64,000 nt of DNA. Origin: Podarcis liolepis. Its lineage: Eukaryota. Positions 38,303-49,816 of this stretch are shown here, one piece after another; position 1 is the first letter of the stretch; each line of letters opens with the position of its first letter. The position numbers were made by a program, and so were the translations under genes. The notes below the pieces were generated by a model. The model worked only from the letters and a program-made list of their open reading frames with translations, did no database searches and was not told where the DNA came from. Location of the stretch: the NCBI GenBank assembly GCA_965112155.1, contig OZ218098.1; one strand, given 5' to 3'.

Positions 38303-40828
38303 ACATGCTTCTGTTAACAGTTCTTGCTGAAACTAAGCACTGAAGTTCAGTGTTCTACTTATTAGCCCTGAAAGCAATTGACCACATAAATGTAGCTGAA
38401 TAATATATCAACAGTCAAGAATGGCTTACTTGTTGCGTTCTGCATTTCATTAGTAAAACAGGAGAAGAAATATGTAGAGAAGATGCTAGGATGGTCTAGA
38501 AGACTTGTGTATTTTGGTACACCCATGTTTCAAGCCTGAGTCATTTCAATTTAAGATATGATTATTGACCCTTGGGTCATTTTATTGCTCTTATTGTTTT
38601 GTGTGTCAACATTAGTCACTTTTAGAACAGTATTTTGTTGCTATTTACACATTTAATGACAGCGTTTTAATTCTTCATAATGCAATACAAAGTCATGATA
38701 GCAGGGTTACTCATTTCAAGCATTGCTAATGCCTTTGCTGTGGGATTACTTCATTATGATCTCAAACACATTATAACATACTGCCCTACCAACAAAGCAC
38801 AATACTTCACTAGAGACAAAATCCTGTGCTCTGTTTTCCAAAACTAAATTTTGTATTATAGAATGGCAAAGTGATAGTTATTCTCCACATATTAAGCTCA
38901 CTAGGGCTGTCTGTTCTCCTTCAGATTACTTTAGATGCTTGTGCCTTGCCAAAGTTAGAGGGGAATGAGTTTTCTAGGAATCTGTACCTCTTTGATTCCA
39001 GCTGGACTCAAACTGATTGAGGCTGTTCTCCTTTCCTACATGTAACTTTAAAAGCTTGTGCCATGCCAGAGGTGAGAGCCTATTGGTACCAGTCCAAGGG
39101 CAAGAACGAAAAATCTGTTTGTCTGGGGCCCATGTCCCGGCAAGAAGAGAGAGGGAGCCCAGTACACTCCTCGAAAGGCACTATAGAAAGACATTATCTG
39201 AAATACCCGACTTGGAGAAAGGATATTGAAAAAGAAGTCAGTGCTAAGCTATGACAGATCTTGCTGCCTGGGAGTAAGCTGGTCACTGAGTGAAGAAGAC
39301 TGAAGCCCCATCCCAGAGAGAGTTTGCCAAGTGGCAGAGGGCTGGTGCTCATCTGATATTTTTGAATCAGAGCTTACCATAATCCAAAGATGTTATTTTA
39401 GGCAGCCTTAATTGTTATCTGAGCCAAAAGAACTAAGAACTCTGCATGACCACATAGCCATGCCAAATCTCCCAATAAGCATGCTGGAGTGTAGGGACCC
39501 ATTTAATGAAAAAGGACTTACTGGAATATAAGCTAGAATGGTATCTAAGGGCAGTCAAAAAGTATTTCATATTCATTTCAGAATGAACAAAGAACTTTGC
39601 AGCTGATGGGAAGTTTCTCGGTATGAGTCAATTTGAAATAAGGAAATGTGCGTTATAGTTAATGTCTATGTGTAGCTATATCCAGTGAATGACACACAAT
39701 GGGAGTGTGTCCTACACAAAATAAACATGTTTAAAGGAAGGTATCGGGCTTGGCAGATTTATAACCCCTTTTAACTGAAAGCCTATTTTTTAAAGAAAAT
39801 CAATAAACATTTTAGACATTTTAGAGATAGTACAACTTATAGCCAACAAATCAAACATCCTCCTTTGTCTAATATAGCATATTTTCTCTACCTTTGGTGC
39901 ATATAGTTTAAAACATTTCTTATACTGGCAGATCTGATTTAAAAGGACTTGGCTCTGCATTGCATTTCAAAGTATTCAGTCCTTTTTCGAAAATCTTCAA
40001 AAACATTTTTGGTTTATCTACAGCACAGAAATGGAGCTAACTGTTATTCTCTTGGGATTCCGCTATTCAACAGTTCCTTTTTCAACAGGTCTCTTTTGTA
40101 CATTCAGGTATGCAGTGTTTAGAAATGCAGAAATAAAAGTGTATAGCAGCTCCCCCTCCACCCCAGGTTTTGGGAATAGTCTTTTATACTAGCAAACAGA
40201 ATAAAACCAGCCATCATTAAGAGGCAATCATGGCCTTCCTATATCTGAAAGAAAGGGGCTAGCTCACCAGGACAGGATTACTTATTTTTTTACAAAGAAA
40301 TTAGGAGGAAGGGAGCCACTGAATCACATTCAAATGCCATGCCTGCAGCAACTTTGTTCAGCAGTGTAACCTCTGTTGAAGTCTTTAATTTTGCTTCCTC
40401 TTTTTCGTTGTGCAGGACATCCCACAAAAGGGTTCATGATAATTTGATTCTTTCCCACCCACCCAAGAAGAAATTAGTACATCAGGAAGCTGCCATAGTT
40501 CCTGTTAAATAAAGAATTAACTGTATAGATTTCAGTTACCCAATCTGAGGATGTGGACAAGGTTCTGGGAGAGATGGGGCCTGCCACTTGTGAGCTTGAC
40601 CCTTACCCTTCTTGGTTCATAACACTGAGCACATAACATTCTGAAGGCTGAATGTATCCTGCTGGTGTGCCTGCCTGCTCCTCCCCATTAGCATCCCAGT
40701 ACTCGGCAGTGACTCCACTGCCAGGAGGCTCTGTCCATGTTGTTGCACCTCCCCCAGTGGCTACTCCTGCTGGAATCAGGTGTGTTGAACCAGCCCTGCC
40801 AAGCTTAAAGAATCCCAAAGTAACAATA

Positions 40829-41054
40829 CAGTGGTACCTCGGGTTAAGTATTTAATTCGTTCTGAAGGTCCGTTCTTAACCTGAAACTGTTCTTAACCTG
40901 AAGCACAACTTTAGCTAATGGGGCCTCCTGCTGCCGCCGCGCCACAAGAGCATGATTACTGTTCTCATCCTGAAGCAAAGTTCTTAACCTGAAGCACTAT
41001 TTCTGGGTTAGCGGAGTCTGTAACCTGAAGCGTATGTAACCTGAGGTACCACTG
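40829..41054 (+). mobile_element. MITE family A, copy 4
   Basis: TA|CAGTGGTACCTCGGGTTA...TAACCTGAGGTACCACTG|TA. Confidence 0.9.
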
Positions 41055-41214
41055 TAATGAAATAAGATGGGTAACAGTAGTTGAAAAGGTCAGCTCTGTG
41101 TAAGCTTTGTGGAGACTTAGAACTTGCAAGGTGGCCTCACAGAGTAGCACCACTTCCAAACAGGAACATGCATAAAGAGGCCAGTTATGCTATTTTGTAT
41201 ATGCCCCCAAAAAG

Positions 41215-41698
41215 GCATCTTAAAAAGTAGAGGCATCACCTTGCCAACAAAGGTCCGTATAGTAAAAGCTATGGTTTTCCCAGTAGTGATGTATGGAAGT
41301 GAGAGCTGGACCATAAAGAAGGCTGATCGCTGAAGAATTGATGCTTTTGAATTATGGTGCTGGAGGAGACTCTTGAGAGTCCCATGGACTGCAAGAAGAT
41401 CAAACCTATCCATTCTTAAGGAAATCAGCCCTGAGTGCTCACTGGAAGGACAGATCATGAAGCTGAGACTCCAATACTTTGGCCACCTCATGGAAAAGAC
41501 CCTGATGTTGGGAAAGATGGAGGGCACAAGGAGAAGGGGACGACAGAGGACGCGATGGTTGGATAGTGTTCTTGAAGCTACCAGCATTAGTTTGGCCAAA
41601 CTGCGGGAGACAGTGGAAGACAGGAGTGCCTGGCGTGCTCTGGTCCATGGGGTCACAAAGAGTCGGACACGACTAAACGACTAAAGAACAACAACAAC
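41215..41698 (+). mobile_element. BovB (RTE clade) LINE 3' fragment
   Basis: Peptides TLPTKVRIVKAMVFPVVMYGSESWT and RVPWTARRSNLSILKEISPECSLEGQIMKLRLQYFGHLM...AWRALVHGVTKSRTRL; (CAA)n tail; flanking ATATGCCC direct repeat (41199 and 41699). Confidence 0.93.
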
Positions 41699-44064
41699 AT
41701 ATGCCCAAAGTGAGCAACATAAGGTATTTCAGATGCTGTGTGTTATTCCAGAGTTTTCGTGTGCTAGAATGAATAATTTATACCAGAGGCATAAATATTT
41801 ATACTAGTGTATGTGACCCTCCAGATGTTGCTAGCAAATGTTCAAGGATAAATACACATTTAATCCAACAATATGGAGGTGGGGCAGTTTTTCCATATCT
41901 GGCTCAAAGACTCTCTATGAAAACTCTGGTGGAATGAAGACACTTGATTTAGCTCAGTTCCGCTCTAGTGCACTAATTCTGCATAGTATGCACTCAAAAT
42001 GTCAAAACTACTGTATCTCAGAGGCTACTCCAGTCATTTGTCTAGGGACCAAGAGCATCTAACTCCATAATGAAAATGGCACCATCTCACAGCAAGGTCT
42101 TCATATTTATGGAGCATATACACTCAGTCATAGAATTAGATATCAATATGTATGTTTGCATATTACATACAAAATCCAAGAAAGTAACTGTTACTTTTGA
42201 GTGTAACTCTTTACAATTCTGGTATGGCTATCAGCATCAAGAATAATTTCTTTGGAGTTGCATCTGGTCCATGGACACCAGTTGGCCATCACTGACCGAC
42301 ACCTTATACAGTTTGTATGATGCAAGATGTTTAGAGACTGTGAACCTCTTATATTTTTTGAAACATCTGTGAAGGCACCAACTCTTTTCATTTCCTTTAT
42401 TTATTGCCTTGTCAAGCCAGAGACAAAGGTGATTTAAACTCTCAGAGCATGAGTTTCTAGAGAATAGAACAACTGTCTATGTTTTGTTGTGCCTTCATGT
42501 TAGCTGGTCCTGAATACATTATATCAAATGTGTAGGTCATAGGTATTTCAGCACAAATTGATAGTGCAGATGGTGCAGCCTATATTAATACAGGGCTCAA
42601 GGGAATTAACTTTATTTTGCTCATGTTCCTTTGTCTTTCAACATTTGATAATTTTGTTGATGTATTTATAGAATCTGAATTTCCCATCTGTCAACAGGCT
42701 GGTTTCTTGTTTCCATCAAGTGAGATTGGTTCCAAACACATTATTGTGCTATTTTATGAAGCCGCGTTCCATTGTCACAGGATGTTTATCAATATATACA
42801 AAATCCACTGGTGGCCACTTCACTTATCACTTTGCAATGCAGTATCCAGGAATGTTTTAAACTACCTATATTTATTAAATAACCAATAACAATTTCATAA
42901 TGTTTAATGCCAAGAGGAATTCCAAGGTTACTCTGCCAACTGAGTTGATAAGCACTCAAGGATAAAGCAAATCTATTTCGTTGATTACCCTTGAAAAATA
43001 ATTTGCAATCATCTATCTGGGGAAAAAATCAGTGTGTGTAAAAACCAGTTTCAACATTATAAGTAGTTCACTAAATTTGTATGGAAAATCCTTAGTAATA
43101 TTAACTGTAAGTTTTTAATGGATGGGCTGAATAAACTCATTGCTTATAGCTACATAATGAAGTTATTCTGCTGGATGCAGAATATAACTTAAATAGACAT
43201 TGCTTTGAATTTAATTTTTTTTGTTGATTGACCCACAATCCTTTGCAGGGTGAGACAGTGAGTTTCATTTATATGAAGTTCAGGTAGTAGGGCCTGGTTA
43301 ATAGAAATAATTTAATTTTGTTTCTCGTTTGCTTTGATGAAATAGTATGAGATACATTTATTGAATTTGCTATTAGCAGTTTCAGCCTTCCTAGTAACAG
43401 TTCAGTACAATGGCAAACAAAAGTGAGATAACCAATGAAGCTTTGTGTGTATGCCACATTTTATTCAACCACTTATCAAATGTGTAGGAGAGTTGCCATT
43501 AATGTTCTATAGCCAATATTGCACAAGCTCTAAACTCACCAGATCCCATCATCATTCTTGTTAGAATTATCATTAATTATCATTAAATATACCGTATTAA
43601 CTAAATTATACTAACTTCTTTAGTACTTCCTATGCCAACATGGTAGCAGACTTTCAGCAAACATTGTCATTCAGTGCACTTTTCATTCAATATTTCTGTC
43701 TATAAGTACTTTCAACACAACTAATAATATATAATCCATTTAATCCTTGGATTTTGCAATGTTGCCAATAAAATCAGAACCAGAATGAACATCAGGATGA
43801 TTTTATTGATATTTTCAATATTTATTTCATCTGCCAAAATGTGGGAATGAAACATTCTGGCTCTGTCAGCCTCATTCTGTGCAAACAGGTTTAGCAAGGA
43901 GGACTGTAAAACAATGTAATGTTGCTGACAGATTTAGTTTTTAGGAGCAAAGAGTGAGTTCAGCCTAAATCTCAAGTCTAACAAAAACACTAGATAAAGG
44001 ACCTACAGAGGAAGAACTAGGAGAATATAAACAATCTCATCTAGGATATCAGTGGGCAGTTTAC

Positions 44065-44290
44065 ACTGAGAACTAGTCAAAATAAAAAAATTCCTTCCAG
44101 TAGCACCTTAAAGACCAACTATAGAAGGATCTGGCAACTTCTGTTTCAGTGTATCTGAAGAAGTGTGCATGCACACGAAAGCTCATACCAAGAACTAACT
44201 TAGTTGGTCTTTAAGGTGCTACTGGAAGGATTTTTTTTTATTTTGACTATGGCAGACCAACACGGCTACCTATCTGTAACTGAGAACTAG
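44065..44290 (+). mobile_element. Penelope-like element terminal remnant with inverted partial repeat
   Basis: Core CTGAAGAAG...CACGAAAGCTCAT...TTAGTTGGTCTTTAAGGTGCTACT...GCAGACCAACACGGCTACC resembles reptile Penelope-like pseudo-LTRs; 48-bp inverted arms 44074-44121 and 44201-44249; 12-bp direct repeat ACTGAGAACTAG at 44065-44076 and 44279-44290. Confidence 0.78.
44151..44188 (+). ncRNA. Minimal type I hammerhead ribozyme motif
   Basis: GUAU-CUGAAGA-A-GUGUGC-AU-GCACAC-GAAA-GC-UC-AUAC: conserved boxes CUGANGA and GAAA, stem II GUGUGC/GCACAC, stem I GUAU/AUAC, palindromic AGCU in place of stem III, UH site (UC). Confidence 0.68.
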
Positions 44291-44865
44291 GTCAAATTAG
44301 CTATATAGGTAGACTTCCCGTAGCATGTTTTCCTCCATGCTGAAAAAGTCTTCTAATAATAAATTCAAACTCAATTTAAACATGACAAAGGGTCTGTATG
44401 GTGAAGTGAGTTTGAGTTTGTTGACCCTTATCCAGTGCAGAAAAAAAGACTTTCTTGTGAAGTGAGTATCTCATAGGAAATAGTCTGAGCCCTTTTCATC
44501 TCATGTATTTTTGCGTGATCAATACCATGATCAAGCAAGGAGTGGATCTGTTCATTTGTGCAATGATATGACAGATGGACCCTAGAAAATGAACCTAAAG
44601 GACTGAACTGTACAACTTGTGTGAGAATGCCAGGAGGGTCAGACTAGAACTGAACATATTCTATTCTTTATGCAGTTGCCCCGTGCACTGCCATATAAGA
44701 ACTACACTTTGGAGTAACTTCATGGCAGTGAAGTATTCTCTGACTCTAGGCTAGCCTGACCCACCTAGGCTAGGGAGAAGGGGGCTATAAAAGTTTTCCT
44801 GGTAGGGATTTTGTTTGAGAAACAAGATCTTCCTAGCTTTGATGTGCTTCGATTGATTTGGACCT

Positions 44866-45001
44866 CATAGAATCATAGAATTGCAGGGTCATGGGAGTTG
44901 GAAGGGACCTCAAGGGTCATCTTGTCCAACCCTCTGCAATGCAGGAATCACAGCTAAAGCATCCATGACAGATGGCCAACCAGCCTCTGCTTAAAGACTC
45001 T
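44866..45001 (-). mobile_element. CR1 3' end (minus strand)
   Basis: TCATAGAATCATAGAAT...GTTGGAAGGGACC...GGTCATCTTGTCCAACCC is the reverse complement of the CR1 tail. Confidence 0.8.
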
Positions 45002-48000
45002 GCAATCTATTGAGGGAGTACTGACTTACATCTGACAACTCCTTATAGCTCAACCTTGGGGGCCAGGGCAGAGAGATCTTATACCTTATTTTACATATTG
45101 TAAAAAAACTGAAAGTATTAGGATTGAGGTGTGTGTTTGCATTATACAGGGATATCTTAAGGCAAAGAAAGCACCCCTTTCCCTTTGCAGCTCTCCTGAG
45201 TATTTCCTTTTCCATCCTGCAATATAGTATACAATGTTGGTAGCCACATCAAATCTGAGCCCTCTATTCCTAAGTAGCTCAATAAGGAAATAACTGGAAA
45301 TATGTGATTTCCCCATTCCTTTTATGACCCCTCTCTCCAAATAAATAAAGACAGTCTCCTGCTACAGGGTATGTAGAGCTCTGAGCAAATGCAGTGCTTT
45401 GGGGGATTGGGACACATTACAAAAAATTCATGAAGGTTGCACTGATTTGACAGTCAGTTCACATCCATTATTTCAATATGAATAATTAAATGATTAAACC
45501 AAAGTAATTATATATGTAATGAGGAGATGCATGTTATCAGCCCCTTACAAAATTCAATTTAATTGGTGGGAGTTGTAAAATTGGTAAAGTACTATTACTT
45601 TAATTCACAGTTGTTTTCTTGTCCTAGTCTTAATAAAAATAAATTACTCATCAAATCAAATAAAACTTCTCATGCTTTTCAGTAAGTTCAAGCTAATTCA
45701 TTATACATTATTTAAAACACTATTTGATGGTATCATTTAGAACCATGTGGAATTAAATTTCCTACAAAACTGGTTCACAGTTTATTCTTAAATATGCTGC
45801 TGTAAGAATGGGGACATACATAATATAAAATAGATACTTTGAACCTGTATTTCAGAAATTGCTTCAACTGAATCATAACCAATACTACAATGTAAACAAG
45901 CTACAAACCTGCTTCTTCCAGGGAAGTAGAACCTCACCTGTAACCATCTTCTCACCTCCAGGACTCAAGGACTTGGAACATATAACACCACTGTCTTTTT
46001 GGGACTGAGCTTCAGTTTTTTGGCTCATATCCAGCCTATTACTACCTCCAAGAACCTATCTAGTACCTCAGCCTCTCCTGATTCAGATGGAATGGAGAGA
46101 TAAAGTTGGGTGTCATCCACATATTGGTGATGCTCCAAATTTCCAGTTGCCTACTCCCAGTGGCTTCATGTAGGCGTTAAATAACGTGGGAGACAAAATG
46201 GAACCTTGCAGGATGTGAAAGGAAAGCTCTCATGGCAAGCAGTTCCCCCACCTCAGAACTACTTTCTGGAAATTGCCCCGGAGGTAGGAACAGAAGCACT
46301 AAAGTAAAGTGACCCCCAACCCCCATATCCCTCAGCCACTCCTTAAGAATACTGTGATCAAATGGTATCAACAAAGGAAACATCTTGCAAGTTAGCAAAT
46401 GTGGGATTGCAGCTTTATTTGTGACTGTGTTGATTTCAATGGAACTTAGTTTCAGGTGACTTTTGTTAGATTATGCAAAAAATGTTATCAGAATAATGCT
46501 ATCTCTCTGTCCCCTTTCATTACACAGGGACAGGATAAAGAGGGGATATCACTGCGATTGGGTTAGCATAGGAACAGGGTTTAGGGGAAGGGGAATTCTG
46601 TATTTCTAAGTTGCCTGGAACTGCCCTTATGTTTCCACTGATATTTCTCTAAAATAATATGAAAAATATATTACTGCAAGCAGGTGAAATGACAAGATCA
46701 GCAGGAAACCTAGATACTAGTAAATCATTTCCTTGCTCCATCAATCTCAGCCACTCTAGGAAGCAGTTTGTGCTTGGAAAAGGCGATCTTGCCGTGGAAT
46801 CCTATATTATGCCACGTTTCAAACTGCTCAGTTAAATACGTATATCTAATAGGCAGCATATACTACTGTACCAAAATCTCTGATGACTTTCATTATTCTA
46901 CGTTGGCTTTGGCATGGATTAAAATTGTGACAATTGCTTTAAAAATCTATAGTTTGTTACTCAGATGTCTTTCTACTTTCTGTAAATTTAAGATGATTAC
47001 ATATTAATGTTACTGTAGTTTTAATATCCTATGTACACAAAAATGCACTTCTATGAGGTACCATTCTTTTTATGTGCCACTTATTGTGAAAATCACAATA
47101 CAAATGGATCAGTGCATTTATTTCCATATACTATCCAGAAGGCTGCTCAATATCTTTCCACCTCAGTTAGAAAAATGACTGAAATTATGATCTGCTCAAC
47201 AATTTAAAATCATTACTTTGCATAGGCAGTAAATACATGGCTGTTAAGGAATAAGTGCTGAAACCCATTTTGGTTATTATACCTGTCAACTAGGCATTTA
47301 GTTACCTTTTATTGTTTTCAAAATGCCAGATAACATTGCATCTTTATAACTATGGAAGATAAATAGAATGACTGATTTAGAACTAAGCTTGTTGATATGA
47401 TACTTCATAAAAAACCACCCAAAATGTAAATTGATAATATGCATGTTAACAATAATCATAAGAGAGTATGGAATGATTAGACAGTTTCCTAAACCTAAGG
47501 AACTAGGCCCTATAACCAATTCAGAAGCCAACTCAGGACCTCCGGATTCTATTAGGCCATGTAAGAACATCAACCACATCCATTTACACATCTTCCAGTG
47601 AACAGATATCACCTTCTTTAGAATTTAAGCTGTATTATGCACCCATGTTTTTAACTGGACAACTGGTGTTTTAACTTCTTGCCTTAATTTCACATATGCT
47701 TTGTTATTGCTTCTTTTGTAATTAAAAAAAAATGAGAGCGTTGCTAAAGAAGCAACATGCAAATATGTTTAACAAATGATTAGAGAACACATTTGATATT
47801 TGAAGATAATAAATGAGCTGAAAACCATGAGGTAATGTTTGATAAAAACTGATGGTAGATAACAAATAATTATTCTGCTTGTATTTCTGTATGAGGTTAT
47901 GGGCACACACAAGTTTTCAAAGAGATTCTTACTTGGAATGATGCAAAATCTCTCATTGAAATCTAAATGTCCCTTAGTTTTCACTTGTCAGCCAAAAACA

Positions 48001-49790
48001 CGTAGCAAAAAAGGCAGCTTCTTCTAACATACATCTCATAAGGGCATGTTATTATATTGTTATCCTCTAGGTGCCTGCAGACTGATTGCTTTATTATCAG
48101 CTTCAGTGAAAAATCCCATGGCGAGGTTAAAGTAGGTGATTTGTAATTTTCAGAATCTGTCGGTATTGTCTGAGCGACTCCCTTTGTTTTCTTGCTTTTC
48201 TGATATTTATATCCACTTTGTTTCTTTCCTTCCATTTTGTGACTTCTCTGTGGCTGAGTATTTGGCTTCATCTGTTAATTGTAGTTTCATGTCCTTTTTC
48301 TACGAATTTGATTTTCTCTAGTTTTATTTCTGGAGGACAAGGCAAAGACATCATTTCATCCTAAAATAAATTATAACACTGTGAAGGAATTTTTTGCCTT
48401 GGAATCTAAATGCTATAAAAGCAGAAGGCAGACTTTGCCTTTCCCCCAGCAAATGGAAAAGTCTATTCAGAGAAGAGGTGCCCTATGTAGTGCCCCCCCC
48501 AAACGTTGGACAACAACTCACACTATCCCTGAACACCGACCAGGTTGACTGCAGCTTGTGGGAGCTGTATTCCAACAATATCTGGAAGGCACCACACTGG
48601 CTATTGGTACCCTAGATGATTTGGAGGACCTGAACATCATAGGATGGGGTATATGTGATGTGGAAACTGATGAGGAGGCGGGAATTTCATAAACAACATT
48701 GCAGAGGGAACTGTGGACAAAAAAGCCATCTTCCAGTATCTTCCATCTGCTCGTTGTTCTCAGGACCCAAGTCACTGAGACTGTCATAAAAACAAAATAA
48801 AACAACATTCCAAATATATGTGCAATTTGATTTTTAGAATTTTCAGGAGTCTGCAGCTGGGCTTATGAAATATATCCCTTCACTTGGTGTGTCTAAGATG
48901 TCTTAAAGCACAGGATTCCAGTTTGTCTCTGAGCTGAATCCTTGCCACTTCGGCTGAAAAGAAAGGAATCAAATGGTGATGGGGAATTTCTTTTCTCACC
49001 TCCTCCTTTTATTACTTGTTAAAGGCACTGGCTCTGCCAGAGGTATGGCAGCACTAGTCACTGCTATCTTCCTTTCCAGAGCCAATATGCAGCCAGCAGG
49101 GTCAAAGACTTTAAGAAATTAAAAAAAATAACAACTACTAACCTATACTTACACCTGCCACATACCGCCCCCCCCAAAAAAATGGGGATCCTATAGTGTA
49201 TTAAGAAGCAAGGCAAAGTAATTGAAAAGATCTGACAACCATTTGAAAAGGCAATAGTGAGTCTGGAAGCAGATGTTTGTTGCCTTGGCTCTGTAATAGC
49301 TTCACAGAACAACCAACCTACACAGACACAGCAAGCCTCTAGCTGACCAGTTCTGGACCAGTGTAGGCCTGTTACCTTGGCTTTGTTAACTTCTACTAAC
49401 ATATTGTCTGGCTTTACAATTGCACTGGGTCCCCTCTCACACTGGAACACACACACACACACACACCAAACTTGAAACTGCTGGGAGCAGTACCTGTCCT
49501 TGCATTGTTTGACATCAGGAACAAGACCTTCCCACTGGGAAAGATTTCTAGTCCTGGAGATCGCAATTTTTTGTCTGGCTGCCAAACTCAGCAAGTATTT
49601 GTAGATCTCTGGATATGATTAATCTAAAAAAGTATGATTATATCAAAGGTAAAGAAAGTCCAATTACATTAATAAAATCGAAAAATAATTTTGCTTCAGA
49701 TGTTTCTATTCTGCATTTTGATCAATTTTAAAAGTAAGGATTCTGAGGTGTTTTAACTGGTGGAAGTCACCAGATGAAGCCTATGACACT

Positions 49791-49816
49791 CATCAATCAA
49801 TCAATCAATCAATCAA
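49791..49816. repeat. (ATCA)n microsatellite
   Basis: Direct reading. Confidence 0.9.

Noticed and set aside
39017-39254. Short ORFs in a GC-richer patch
   Set aside because: No recognisable domain or splice context; probably a degraded repeat I cannot classify
41117-41656. 179-aa minus-strand ORF
   Set aside because: Antisense reading of the BovB fragment
49490-49594. Minus-strand ORF containing PDVKQ, resembling the end of the expected upstream DPP10 exon (...AYDVKQ)
   Set aside because: Upstream residues do not match VTFKASRHSVSPDLKYVLLAY and no GT follows the Q codon; chance match
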